DNA of 64,000 nucleotides from an uncultured delta proteobacterium (GCA_963765675.1 CAVXXK010000003.1:128001-192000), one strand, 5' to 3'. Counted from the first letter of the stretch, positions 1-9,927 are shown. The notes: generated by a model from the sequence alone, not told the origin. Translations and numbers: made by a program.

Positions 1-1235
1 TCTTCGAAGAATGCTTCGTCGCCGACCGTAGTCGTCAATCGCAGTACCGTCGCCTGATCGCCCTTGCGCAGAAGCGCGACGGCGGCCGGCCCGATCAACA
101 GGCCGTCGGCACGCGACAGCGAGCTCAGAATTCCTGAACCCTGATTCCCGGTCGGCGCGGCGAGATATTCACCGTCGCGCCGCTCGAGCCTGACCCGCAC
201 GAACTCGGTCAGATTATTCGCGAGCTTGATATCGGCGGAGCATCGCGCCAAGACGCGCTCAAGCCCGACCGCGGCGTGCCCGCCCATCCGGCGCAGGGCA
301 GGTCCAACGTAAAGATAGAAGCACACCAGCGTTGAGACCGGGTTTCCCGGCAGTCCAAAGACCGGATGGACGCCGACGAGGCCGAACTTGAGTGGACGCC
401 CCGGCCTTTGCGCGACGCCGTGAAACAGCGTGCGCATCCCGAGGTCGTCGAGGACGCCCTTTACGAAATCGAACTGCCCGACCGAGACTCCGCCGGTCGA
501 GAGGACCAAGTCGGACGCCAGCGCCTCTTCCAGGCGCTCGCGAACCTCGTCCTTGATGTCGCGCGCGACGCGCAGGATTACCGCCTCGCCGCCCGCCTCG
601 CGAATCGCGCCGGACAGGGCGTAGGCGCTCGAGTTGACGACCTGGGCGCCAGTTGGATGCTCGTCGATATCGACGAGCTCGTCGCCGGTCGCGACGATCG
701 CGACGCGCGCCCGACGGTACACACCAACCATCGAGCGGGAGAGCGACGCGAGCATTCCCAGGTCAGAGGGCGAGAGCATCTTACCGGGCGACATGACCGA
801 CTCGCCGGCGCGCAGATCTTCGCCTCGCGGGCGAACGAAAGATTTCGCCTCGGCGGGCGCGAGAATCTCGACAGTAGAACCCTCGCCTCGGGTACGCTCG
901 ACCTGAACAATCGCGTCGGCGCCGGGAGCGATCGGCGCGCCGGTCATCGTGCGCGCGCATTCGCCCGGGCCTACCTGACGCTCCGGCATCCGGCCTGCGG
1001 GCACGGTTTCGATCACCTTCAGGCGAACAGGATGCGCTTCGCTGGCGGTGGCGATATCGGCGGCGCGGACCGCGTACCCGTCCATCGCGGAGTTGTCGAA
1101 TCCGGGGATATCGCGCAAGGAGCGAATATCCTCGGCGAGCACGCGGCCCAACGCGTCAAGGAGCGGCACGCGTTCGACGCCGAGCGGAGCAACCGCCTCA
1201 AGGACGATACGCAGAGCGTCGTCGGTACTAATCAT
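1..1235 (-). CDS. moeA: Molybdopterin molybdenumtransferase MoeA (3' end runs off the window; not in ORF track)
   Basis: Manual translation from ATG 1235: MISTDDALRIV..GRVLAEDI..FDNSAMDGYAV..TGAPI..TGDEL..STGGVSVG..QRPGRP..FGLPGNPVS. Confidence 0.93.
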   Translation of the reverse strand, partial: MISTDDALRIVLEAVAPLGVERVPLLDALGRVLAEDIRSLRDIPGFDNSAMDGYAVRAADIATASEAHPVRLKVIETVPAGRMPERQVGPGECARTMTGAPIAPGADAIVQVERTRGEGSTVEILAPAEAKSFVRPRGEDLRAGESVMSPGKMLSPSDLGMLASLSRSMVGVYRRARVAIVATGDELVDIDEHPTGAQVVNSSAYALSGAIREAGGEAVILRVARDIKDEVRERLEEALASDLVLSTGGVSVGQFDFVKGVLDDLGMRTLFHGVAQRPGRPLKFGLVGVHPVFGLPGNPVSTLVCFYLYVGPALRRMGGHAAVGLERVLARCSADIKLANNLTEFVRVRLERRDGEYLAAPTGNQGSGILSSLSRADGLLIGPAAVALLRKGDQATVLRLTTTVGDEAFFE

Positions 1236-1319
1236 CGTATCGGCAAGAATACGCGGCTTCGCACGCGATGAGAACAGAGTGGAAAAACGGTGCGGGTGGC
1301 GGCAACCAGAGGAGGCGAT

Positions 1320-2291
1320 TTAGCCGGCAGAAGCGGCGCTGACAATCGGGACGCGGACGGTGTAGTTGCGCGCATAGGGCGGAACCCGGTCGCGCAGGAT
1401 CGCCGGGTTAAGTTCCTTCAGACGGGCAACCGTCGTATGGGCCTTGTGTGCAACATTAACCAGTGTGGTTCCGCCACGAACCGAAACCTGGCTGTAGGCC
1501 GGAGGCGCATCGTAATTGACGTTGCCAATCCCATAGGCGATAGCGTTATGCGCGATAAAGGCGACCGCCATGAACCTGCCAAGGAGGCATCGCGTGTCTC
1601 GCGGCAACGAGGCCATGAAGCGGTTAAAGTTCTCGCCGCGCATGACCCAGAAGCGGTTGATCGCCAAATCACCACGGTTCCATCCGACCACCGCTACCCG
1701 CCAATCGTACCCGGCAGCGTCGTGCAGGTCGGCCAGGTACTCGGCGGCGGCTCGGGTCGAAAGGATAGGATCGCGGCGCTCGTCAACCCAATGGTTGACG
1801 TGTAGCCCGTACTTCTCGGCAGTCCCTTTGTTGAACTGCCAAGGGCCCTTGCCATGCCGGGAAAATTCGCTCTCGGCAAAGGCCAAGTAGATCATGTCGT
1901 CCGGAACGCCGTAGGAGCGCATCACTCGGGCCATCTCGGGCAAATAGGGACGGCTACGGGCGAAGCTGGCCTCGAGCGTGCCGGGCCGGCTCAGGTATTC
2001 GTTAACATATCGTTCGACGATCGAATTGAGCAGGATCGGGAAAGGCGCCACACCCTTGGGCTTGGAAGTGATGAAGGGTGATGGCGCGACATCCCACTGC
2101 GACAGCGTAGCATCTATGGGCTCATCGGCCCCGGAGGAGCCTAGGGCGGCAATCGCAGGATTTTGGGGCTCCCATCCCGGGGAGATAATGGAGGGTTCGG
2201 CGGCTACCGCGCGATATACAGGCATCCCGGTCAGAACCGGAGCCAGAAGTATCGCACACAGAGCGAGGGTTGTTCGGCTGCCTCGAGTCAT
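1320..2291 (-). CDS. MltD-like lytic transglycosylase with C-terminal LysM, signal peptide
   Basis: YLAFAES (catalytic Glu), GPWQF, VDERRDP..STRAAA.YL, LKELNP; start re-called at MTRGSR. Confidence 0.85.
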   Translation of the reverse strand: MTRGSRTTLALCAILLAPVLTGMPVYRAVAAEPSIISPGWEPQNPAIAALGSSGADEPIDATLSQWDVAPSPFITSKPKGVAPFPILLNSIVERYVNEYLSRPGTLEASFARSRPYLPEMARVMRSYGVPDDMIYLAFAESEFSRHGKGPWQFNKGTAEKYGLHVNHWVDERRDPILSTRAAAEYLADLHDAAGYDWRVAVVGWNRGDLAINRFWVMRGENFNRFMASLPRDTRCLLGRFMAVAFIAHNAIAYGIGNVNYDAPPAYSQVSVRGGTTLVNVAHKAHTTVARLKELNPAILRDRVPPYARNYTVRVPIVSAASAG

Positions 2292-2379
2292 CTCCCACCA
2301 TGAACCTCGGCCACGGTAGCCGCTGAGGCGCGAGTGCGCAACCCGTAAACAGCCGATCTTGAATAAAATAATCTTATAC

Positions 2380-2396
2380 TTGGAACAAAAATTGTT
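2380..2396 (+). promoter_or_regulatory. Possible sigma54-like promoter in the AT-rich divergent region upstream of ntrB
   Basis: TTGGAACAAAAATTGTT resembles TGGCAC-N5-TTGC but has GT, not GC, at -12. Confidence 0.25.
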
Positions 2397-2487
2397 GATA
2401 ACTTTTATAATTTGTGACGTTTGTTCCCCCGAAAACACGCGCGATTACAGCTCAATCCGCCGCCCCGCTTCGATACGCTTGCGGCAT

Positions 2488-3699
2488 ATGGTACCGTCCC
2501 CCCAAGACCGGCCCGCTCTCCTGTGGGTATCCGGAAGACCGGGCACGGCTATCCGATTGAAGCTCTGGCGCGACATTATCGACAGCCTGCCCGACGCGAT
2601 TATCGTCCTGTCGTCGGCGTTCGAGCCGCTGGCGATAAACCCCGCGGCTGAGACCCTGCTGGGCACGTCTTCCGTCACACCTCCACAGCTTGCCGACCTC
2701 CTCGATCACAACCCGTGGCTGGACCGGATGGTGCGTAACTGCCTGAAAACCGGGCAGAGCGTCGGCGATCCCGATACGGTCCTCGGGATTGGCCCGCGAT
2801 CGATTACCGTCCGGACCGAGGTCTCCCCACTGCTCAGCCAGGACGGCAGCACGCAGGGTGCGATTATCCTGCTTCACGACCTGGCTCATCAGAAGAGCGC
2901 TGCCCAGGTGACCGATTCGACGGAGCTAAGCCTTCGCCTATCACCCGCAGGGCTGGCCCACGAGGTAAAGAATCCGCTTACCGGCATCAAGGGAGCGGCG
3001 GAGCTGTTGGCGGCGATGTATCCATCCGAACCGCGCGTCCAGCAGTACTATGGAGTCATCCGCGACGGCGTTAACCGCATCACGGGGTTGGTCGAGCAGG
3101 TCCTTGCGGTCAGCGCGCCGCAGCGTCTGGTCAAGGAACCGGTGAACATCCATCAGGTCCTGCACGAAGCGCTCCGGATGGCCGGGCTATACCCCAAAGC
3201 GCCCGACGCGGTTCATATCGAGCAGGACTTCGACCCCAGCCTGCCCGACGTCTCGGGCGACGCTGCCGCCCTCGAACGTGCGTTCCTGAACCTGGTCAAA
3301 AACGCGCATGAGGCGATCGGCTCGAGCGGAACTATCCGGATGCATACGCGGATCGAGACCGAGTTCCGGATGACGACCGACGGGCAGCGCCTGCAGTTCC
3401 TGCGCGTCGAGATCAGCGACAACGGGGTCGGAATCGCGGAGGACGCGCTCGCGCAGCTCTTCACCCCGTTCTTCACCACCAAGCCTTCGGGAACCGGGCT
3501 CGGCCTGATGCTGAGCCAGCGCATCATCGCGCTCCATGGAGGAAGGCTATGGGCGACGCGCGGAGGAATCGGACGGACCGGCGAGGACTCCGAGCCGCCT
3601 GCAGGTATGACCTTCAAGGTGACCCTTCCCGTCGGAAGCCTCCGGGTCCACGGCAGCTCCAAACTCGGCGGCGATGACACGGCGGGGAACGATCGTTAA
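2488..3699 (+). CDS. ntrB: PAS-domain histidine kinase NtrB/GlnL
   Basis: PAS (NPAAETLLG), LAHEVKNPL, NLVKNA, DNGVGI, FTPFFTTK..GTGLGL; adjacent to ntrC. Confidence 0.85.
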   Translation: MVPSPQDRPALLWVSGRPGTAIRLKLWRDIIDSLPDAIIVLSSAFEPLAINPAAETLLGTSSVTPPQLADLLDHNPWLDRMVRNCLKTGQSVGDPDTVLGIGPRSITVRTEVSPLLSQDGSTQGAIILLHDLAHQKSAAQVTDSTELSLRLSPAGLAHEVKNPLTGIKGAAELLAAMYPSEPRVQQYYGVIRDGVNRITGLVEQVLAVSAPQRLVKEPVNIHQVLHEALRMAGLYPKAPDAVHIEQDFDPSLPDVSGDAAALERAFLNLVKNAHEAIGSSGTIRMHTRIETEFRMTTDGQRLQFLRVEISDNGVGIAEDALAQLFTPFFTTKPSGTGLGLMLSQRIIALHGGRLWATRGGIGRTGEDSEPPAGMTFKVTLPVGSLRVHGSSKLGGDDTAGNDR

Positions 3700-3712
3700 G
3701 CTGGTAGCCACG

Positions 3713-5224
3713 ATGCCATCCGCCGAAGCCCAAACGCCCGACGAAACTCCCGTCGCTATCGCTTCGTCCGCCACGATCCTGATCGCGGACGACGATCCCG
3801 CGATTCGCCTGGTTCTGCGCCATCGCCTTGAAGCCGAAGGCTACTCGGTCGAGGAAGCGGCCGACAGCGCGGCGGCGCTCGAAGCGTTGCGCAGCAACCG
3901 CTTCGACGTCGCAATACTGGATATCATCATGCCGGGAGTTGGCGGGCTCGAAGTGCTCTCGGCCGCGAAGGCGCAGGACGTTCGCACGCTGATAATCGTG
4001 GTGACCGCCGCGAGCACGATGAACAACGCGGTCGAGGCGATGAAGCGCGGAGCGCACGACTACCTGACCAAGCCCTTCGCGAATCTGGACCTGGTCGCGG
4101 CGGCGGTTGCACGCGCGATCGAGGTTGCGGCGCAGGCCGCCGATCTCGATCGGCTCAAGAACGAAGTCAATCGGCAGCTCGTCGGCGGCGAGATCATCGG
4201 ACGCAGCGCCGCGATGCAGAACGTTTACAAGATGGTCGGGCGCGTGGTCACCAACGACGCGACCGTACTGCTGTCGGGCGAGAGCGGGACCGGAAAAGAG
4301 CTGGTCGCGCGCGCGATCCATTTCAAATCGGCGCGGTGGCGTTCGCCATTCGTCGCGGTGAATTGCTCCGCGATTCCACAAGGACTGCTGGAGAGCGAAC
4401 TATTCGGGCACGAGCGCGGCTCGTTCACGGGCGCGAATGAACGGCGTGCGGGAAAATTCGAGATGGCCGAAGGGGGCACCATTTTCCTCGACGAGATCGG
4501 CGACCTTCCCCTCGAACTGCAGCCGAAACTCCTGCGTGTCCTTCAGGAGCGCGAGTTCAACCGGGTCGGCAGCGTCGAGACGCTCAAGCTCAAGGCGCGG
4601 GTGATCGCGGCGACCAACCAGGATTTGCAGACGCTGGTCGCGGCGCGCAAATTCCGCGAGGACCTGTACTTCAGGCTCCGCGTCATTCCGATCCAGATGC
4701 CATCGCTCCGCGAACGGCGCGACGACATTCCCGAACTGACCGATTATTTCGTGAGCAAGGCGGTGCATGAGATGGGCGCGCGAGTCTCCGCGATCAGTCC
4801 CGAAGCACGCGCCAAACTCGCCGCGCACGATTGGGCCGGCAACGTCCGCGAGCTCGAGAACACGGTGATGCGCGCGGCGCTGCTCGCACCGGGCAACACG
4901 ATCCGCGCCGACGATATCGAGCTCGCGCGCAGCATCGTCGCGCCTATCTCTCCGGGAACTTCGCCCGTGGGCGGAGACAGCGCGGCGCTGGCCGGAATAA
5001 TCGCCGGACGAATCGGCGAATGGCTCGACGCGGCCGACGGCAGCGAGCCGCGCGACCTGTATGAAAAGCTGGTCGGCGAGATCGAAAAGCCACTCATCGA
5101 ATTGGCGCTGCGCCGCACCGGCGGCAACCAGGTCAAGGCGGCGCGGATGCTCGGGCTTAACCGCAACACGCTGCGCAAGAAGATCACCGATCACAAAATC
5201 GCGCTGACCAAGTATCCGACCTGA
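3713..5224 (+). CDS. ntrC: Sigma54-dependent response regulator NtrC/GlnG
   Basis: REC domain, GESGTGKE, GSFTGA, FLDEIGD, Fis-type HTH GLNRNTLRKK. Confidence 0.9.
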   Translation: MPSAEAQTPDETPVAIASSATILIADDDPAIRLVLRHRLEAEGYSVEEAADSAAALEALRSNRFDVAILDIIMPGVGGLEVLSAAKAQDVRTLIIVVTAASTMNNAVEAMKRGAHDYLTKPFANLDLVAAAVARAIEVAAQAADLDRLKNEVNRQLVGGEIIGRSAAMQNVYKMVGRVVTNDATVLLSGESGTGKELVARAIHFKSARWRSPFVAVNCSAIPQGLLESELFGHERGSFTGANERRAGKFEMAEGGTIFLDEIGDLPLELQPKLLRVLQEREFNRVGSVETLKLKARVIAATNQDLQTLVAARKFREDLYFRLRVIPIQMPSLRERRDDIPELTDYFVSKAVHEMGARVSAISPEARAKLAAHDWAGNVRELENTVMRAALLAPGNTIRADDIELARSIVAPISPGTSPVGGDSAALAGIIAGRIGEWLDAADGSEPRDLYEKLVGEIEKPLIELALRRTGGNQVKAARMLGLNRNTLRKKITDHKIALTKYPT

Positions 5225-5230
5225 CCCGCC

Positions 5231-5863
5231 GTGCGCTCGACGATGCAGATGCCGTCGCATTTCTACGCGATGGTCGATCCATCGGGCGGCCATGACCCGG
5301 TGGAACTCGCGGAGTTGATGCTTGCCGCGGGTGCGAGAATTCTGCAACTGCGACTGAAGGACGCTCCCGGCCGCGAGTTTCTGCTCGTAGCGCGCGCGAT
5401 TGCCCCGCGATGCCGCTTGCGCGGCGCGGTCTTTATTGTGAATGACCGCGTCGATATTGCGCGCCTCGCCGAAGCGGATGGAGTGCATCTTGGGCAGACC
5501 GATCTGCCGCTCGCGGCCGCGCGCGAAATTTTCGGCGCGAACAAGATCATCGGTATCTCGACGCACGATGTCGCGATGGCGCGCGAGGCGGAGGCCGGCG
5601 GCGCCGACTATATCGGCTTCGGCCCGATGTATCCGGGCGGGCTCAAGCAGACGGCGGCCGGACAGGGACTCGCCAATCTGCGCGCAGTCCGTTCGGCGGT
5701 GAGGATTCCAATCGTCGCGATCGGCGGAATCACGGAGACCTCGATGCCGGAAGTTCTCGCCGCGGGCGCCGACGCCGCCGCGATCATCACCGACGTGGTC
5801 AAAGCTCCGGATATCTCCGCGAAGGTCCGCACGCTGCTCGCGATTTCGCGGCGCGCAAACTAG
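5231..5863 (+). CDS. thiE: Thiamine phosphate synthase
   Basis: QLRLK, IVNDRVD, GVHLGQ.D, GISTH, VAIGGI. Confidence 0.92.
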   Translation: MRSTMQMPSHFYAMVDPSGGHDPVELAELMLAAGARILQLRLKDAPGREFLLVARAIAPRCRLRGAVFIVNDRVDIARLAEADGVHLGQTDLPLAAAREIFGANKIIGISTHDVAMAREAEAGGADYIGFGPMYPGGLKQTAAGQGLANLRAVRSAVRIPIVAIGGITETSMPEVLAAGADAAAIITDVVKAPDISAKVRTLLAISRRAN

Positions 5864-7098
5864 GCCGCGGTCGCGGCTACCGGCGTCATCCGGGCTTGCT
5901 CGGACGCGAGCGAGCGGCATGCGAGGGTGACGATCACGCCGAGCACGCACAGCGCGGCGAAGATCTCGAAGGCGAGAACGTAGCTGCCGCTCACGTCGAA
6001 GATTCGCCCCGCCATCACCGGACCGACCGCTGCTCCGATCGTATTGAACACTCCCGCGACTCCGCCAATCGTGCCGAAGCGCTTGAGTCCCAGCGAATCC
6101 GCGGTGAGGAGCGGAATCAGCACCAGCGGCGCACCGAGCGTCAGCCCATATAAGAGCACGAACACCGGAACCATCGCGGACCTCCCGATGCTCAGCGCCA
6201 ACAGCATCGCAACGCCCTGCACGATGAAATTCGCGGCCAGCGCGATTCGCGGACTGACACGATCCGACACGGTCCCCATCAAAAGCTTGCCGGCCGCGGC
6301 CAACGCCAGCGCCAGGCTCGCGATCAGGGCGCCAAACGACTCGCTGTAACCGAGCCCGAGCAGATAGCTGACCAGATGAAGTCCGGAGGCGGCGGCGACG
6401 CAGGCGTAAAGAAATTGGCCGAACGCGATCATCCAGAACGAGCGCGTGCGCATCGCCTCGCCGAGCTCGAAGCCGGGCAGCGCATCGCCCGAAGCCTGCA
6501 CGCTGAGCTCGCGCGTCTCGGGCGGACGGGTGCGAATCATAATAAGGACCAGCGGGATGACGACGACGATCATCGGCGTCCCGAGCGCAAAATAGCCGGC
6601 GCGCCATCCGCCGAAATGTAAAATCGCGAGGTTCCCGACCTCGATCATCGCGGCGCCGCCGAGCGACGTGCCGGCAAAGGTCACCCCCATCGCGATCCCT
6701 CGCCGCGCACCGAACCAGTTGGCGATCACCAGCGCCGCCGGCAAGAGCGTCGCAGCGCCGATACCGAGGCCTAGCACCAGGTACGCGATCAGCATCGGAG
6801 CGAACGAGTGCGATTGGCTGGCCACAAGGAATGCGATGCCCGAAAGGCCGGCTCCCACCGCCATCACGATCCGCGCCTCGACTCGATCGAGCAGCCATCC
6901 GACGAGAGGAGCGCTGAACCCGGCCGAGAGCGCCAACGCACTGGTCAGCCACGCGGTGCGCGCGTGAGTCCATCCGAAGTGTTTGACCAGTTGCGGGAAG
7001 AACAAGGTGCCGGTGTTGTAGCCGGAGCCGAAGACGAGAAAGAGCGTGACGAACATGCTCGCCACGATCGTCCATCCCTGTCGTTCCCGTGTGGTCAT
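5860..7098 (-). CDS. MFS transporter
   Basis: About 12 hydrophobic segments, GWLLDR motif A, WFGARRGIAMG. Confidence 0.85.
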   Translation of the reverse strand: MTTRERQGWTIVASMFVTLFLVFGSGYNTGTLFFPQLVKHFGWTHARTAWLTSALALSAGFSAPLVGWLLDRVEARIVMAVGAGLSGIAFLVASQSHSFAPMLIAYLVLGLGIGAATLLPAALVIANWFGARRGIAMGVTFAGTSLGGAAMIEVGNLAILHFGGWRAGYFALGTPMIVVVIPLVLIMIRTRPPETRELSVQASGDALPGFELGEAMRTRSFWMIAFGQFLYACVAAASGLHLVSYLLGLGYSESFGALIASLALALAAAGKLLMGTVSDRVSPRIALAANFIVQGVAMLLALSIGRSAMVPVFVLLYGLTLGAPLVLIPLLTADSLGLKRFGTIGGVAGVFNTIGAAVGPVMAGRIFDVSGSYVLAFEIFAALCVLGVIVTLACRSLASEQARMTPVAATAA

Positions 7099-7221
7099 CA
7101 GGTTCTCCGCTTCCTGCGCACCGGCAGCATCGCGCGCAGAGACTTATAGCTCGCGCGCCGCGCGAGCGTCGAGCCGGAGCATCCGCGAGCTTGCGGAAAT
7201 GCGAATGGAAACGATGTCTCA

Positions 7222-7530
7222 ACGGTGGGTTCCTTTGGGCGATTTCGATCCACGTCTCGAAAAATATTCCCTGAGGATATTAACGAATTTAGATTTCATC
7301 ATCACTTCGTTTCAGCCTTTTGTATTCTGCGAATTCGATGTGACGAACGGTCGATGCGAGCATCGTCGCGCAGCATCGCCTCGCGAGATGACGGCGATAA
7401 ATTGCGCGGAAATATTTTGACCGCGGCTTCATGAGCTTGATTCTACACGAGGAGGCGAAGCGCGTAAGGCTGAACAGTTCAGCCATGAACAAATCTGGCA
7501 AAGAACCTAACGAGCGTTAGGGGAGCCGCC
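7222..7530 (+). repeat. Element X copy 1 (homolog of 42930-43348, inverted)
   Basis: CGGTGGGTTC.TTTGG start; 38 bp at 7465-7502 identical to the reverse complement of 42960-42997. Confidence 0.8.
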
Positions 7531-7560
7531 AGAGGCTCGCGAGGTGCCGCGCAGACAGGG

Positions 7561-7841
7561 GACGCTTCGCGTGGGCCGACGAGCCGTCGGCCACCACCGG
7601 CGGAAAAGCGCAATTGAGCACGACCGCAATTACCCGCGCGTCACGGCGAGTTCTCGATTCCTCGTCGGCCATCCTTCGCGTACGGCTGACGAAATAGTGG
7701 CGCGGGCGGCTCGCCCGTAGGAGATGGATGCGCGGCAGGCGCGCCCGACCAATGAATTGTTGCGATCGGCGCCGGAGCCGCTCTGGGAATCCAAGCCGCG
7801 CGATTCTTGTCTGCAAGTGGCCGCCGACGGCTCGTCGGCCC
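7561..7841. repeat. Inverted pair of GGCCGACGAGCCGTCGGC hairpin repeats
   Basis: 7561-7600 and 7817-7841 inverted; same motif recurs near 48100, 48275 and 49640. Confidence 0.8.
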
Positions 7842-7899
7842 AGACCTGACTCGAAATAACAGCGCACAGAGAGGGCTCACGACGCTCTTGCATCGGAGT

Positions 7900-7923
7900 A
7901 TATTTCGGTGTTACTAGAAATAT
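7900..7923 (+). promoter_or_regulatory. Probable ArsR operator overlapping the promoter
   Basis: ATATTTC-N10-GAAATAT inverted repeat just upstream of the arsR ATG; TTGCAT -35-like at 7888. Confidence 0.7.
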
Positions 7924-7931
7924 CGTAGCAT

Positions 7932-8300
7932 ATGAAAAGCTTCATCTCTCAGTTCAATGCTCTCGGACAGGAGGGCCGGCTCGAAATCTTCCGGCTGCTG
8001 GTGCGCGCGGGGCCGCAGGGATTGTGTGTCGACGAAATCAAGCGGCGCGTGCCAATGCCAGGCTCGACGCTCTCTCATCACCTGGACACCCTCGCGCGCT
8101 CCGGATTGCTTTCGGCCCGGCGGTCGGGGCGCTTCATCTATCATGCGGTTGACTGGAATAAAACCGCCAGGCTGATCCGGTTTCTGACCGAGGACTGCTG
8201 CGCGGATTTGCACTGCCGGCTCGCGGAGCCGGTTGGGGCGCGCCGCAGGCACGCGGACGCGCGAAGGCGAAAAGACGATCGCGGGAAAAACGAAAAATAA
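7932..8300 (+). CDS. arsR: ArsR/SmtB repressor with C-terminal CC..C As(III) site
   Basis: RLEIFRLLV, STLSHHL..L, FLTEDCCADLHC. Confidence 0.88.
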   Translation: MKSFISQFNALGQEGRLEIFRLLVRAGPQGLCVDEIKRRVPMPGSTLSHHLDTLARSGLLSARRSGRFIYHAVDWNKTARLIRFLTEDCCADLHCRLAEPVGARRRHADARRRKDDRGKNEK

Positions 8301-8314
8301 GGAGACGCTGCGCC

Positions 8315-9151
8315 ATGGATGAGAATTCGATAAAGCAGGAAGTGCGGGACTATTACGCGCGCGAGGCGCGCAAGGTGACCGGGGCAAAGCCGGGCTGCTG
8401 CGGGCCGTCTGAGAGCTCGGGGGCCTGCGCCGCGGGCAATCCGATAACCTCCGATCTCTACGAGCGCAGCGAGACGGCGCAGCTTCCGGCCGACGCGATC
8501 GCCGCGTCGCTCGGATGCGGCAATCCCACGGCGCTGGCCGAGCTGATGCCGGGCGAAATCGTGCTGGATCTCGGTTCGGGCGGCGGAATCGACGTGCTGC
8601 TGTCCGCGCGCCGGGTCGCGCCGGGCGGCAAGGCTTACGGGCTGGATATGACGGACGAGATGCTGGCGCTCGCGCGCGAGAATCAGCGCACAGCGGGCGT
8701 GACCAACGCCGAATTTCTGAAAGGTGAGATAGAGAGCATTCCGCTGCCGGATAACTCGGTTGATGTGATCATTTCCAATTGCGTGATCAATCTTTCCGCA
8801 GACAAGGATCGCGTTTTGGCCGAAGCATTGCGCGTGCTGAAACCCGGCGGACGTTTCGCGGTGTCGGATATCGTGGTGCGCGGCGCGATGCCTCCAGAGA
8901 TCAGACGCAAAGTGGAATTGTGGGCCGGATGTATCGCGGGAGCGCTCGAAGAGCCTGAATACGCGGCGAAACTCGCGCGCGCGGGATTCACGAGCGTGGA
9001 GATCGAGCCAACGCGGATTTACACGGCCGCGAATGCCGGCGGGCTGCTTGCGTCACTCGGCCCTGATGCCCGGAATATCGCCGCGCAAATCGACGGCAAG
9101 TTCGCAAGCGCCTTTATCCGCGCCCGCAAACCGATCACGGTCTCAAGATAG
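8315..9151 (+). CDS. arsM: Arsenite S-adenosylmethionine methyltransferase
   Basis: SLGCGNP, VLDLGSGGGID, ISNCVINLS, WAGCIAGAL conserved cysteines. Confidence 0.92.
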   Translation: MDENSIKQEVRDYYAREARKVTGAKPGCCGPSESSGACAAGNPITSDLYERSETAQLPADAIAASLGCGNPTALAELMPGEIVLDLGSGGGIDVLLSARRVAPGGKAYGLDMTDEMLALARENQRTAGVTNAEFLKGEIESIPLPDNSVDVIISNCVINLSADKDRVLAEALRVLKPGGRFAVSDIVVRGAMPPEIRRKVELWAGCIAGALEEPEYAAKLARAGFTSVEIEPTRIYTAANAGGLLASLGPDARNIAAQIDGKFASAFIRARKPITVSR

Positions 9152-9198
9152 CCGGTGGGCGTCGGCGGTGAATTACGCAACGCTCGCGCCGTCCGCGG

Positions 9199-9873
9199 CT
9201 ACTGCATTGCGGAGGTTGGGATGAAGCCTTCGAGGCCGCTTCGCATGCGGATTTGGACGTAGCTTAGCGCGATTCCTACTACGTGCACGTCGTGGCCGGC
9301 GTGGACTTCGGACAGCTTCTTGCCCCAGCGGTTGGGCTTGTCGAGGACCGCGGCGTTGGCTGTCAGCTTGAAAATCTTATCGGTCGGCTTGACCAGATCG
9401 ACCGCCGACTGTTCGACGTATGCGGTCTTTCCAGACTTGAGCTTTACCTGCAGAAAGTAATGCGTCGATCCGGTCACGACTACGTACTTGCCCTGCTCGA
9501 CAGGTTCGACATGCGCGCTGGATTTCGCCGGCTCGCTGTACGCCCAGGTATTTTCGAGCAGCTTTGCGCGCGCGTTGCCCGGCTCGACGTCGCCCGGATT
9601 GAACTTGAAATGCGACGCCGCGGCTTTCTTGTGCGCGGGGGCGGTGGGCGGCGCCTCGGCCGGAGAGGCTGCGGACTCCCCCGCTGGCTCGGAGATCGAA
9701 GGAGCGGCGCTTGGCCCGGTGTTGGGCCCCGCGGGCACCACCGAAGTCTCAGGTTCACCGGAATCCGGCGGCGCGGCGACGGCCGTAGCCGCGAATTGGG
9801 CGGCGATTACGGCGGCAGCAACAATCGCGATCGCAATGGCAGGTATTCGAGCGATTCCGGTTTTCGTGTTCAT
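9199..9873 (-). CDS. Secreted protein with Pro/Ala linker and two SH3b-like domains
   Basis: Signal peptide; repeated V.VTG..YLQVKLKSGKTAYV and VHVVG..YVQIRMRSGLEGFI. Confidence 0.65.
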   Translation of the reverse strand: MNTKTGIARIPAIAIAIVAAAVIAAQFAATAVAAPPDSGEPETSVVPAGPNTGPSAAPSISEPAGESAASPAEAPPTAPAHKKAAASHFKFNPGDVEPGNARAKLLENTWAYSEPAKSSAHVEPVEQGKYVVVTGSTHYFLQVKLKSGKTAYVEQSAVDLVKPTDKIFKLTANAAVLDKPNRWGKKLSEVHAGHDVHVVGIALSYVQIRMRSGLEGFIPTSAMQ

Positions 9874-9927
9874 CTGTCTCGTCCTCCACCCATCCTCTTC
9901 CACACTGCAGATAGTTTGTTCCGAGTC

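Noticed and set aside
366-1271. 301-aa plus-strand ORF
   Set aside because: Antisense shadow of moeA
4400-7222. 940-aa minus-strand ORF and similar long overlapping ORFs (9283-10746, 19550-20815, 32185-33528, 50658-51998, 53588-54895)
   Set aside because: Arg/Ala-rich shadow frames of real genes in high-GC DNA, with no recognisable motifs
7289-7501. Small paralogous ORFs starting MPDLFMAELFSL (also 42961) and MGSFG (7225, 43345)
   Set aside because: Similarity is confined to the shared DNA repeat ends, frames diverge afterwards and starts are TTG/GTG without an RBS; treated as non-coding
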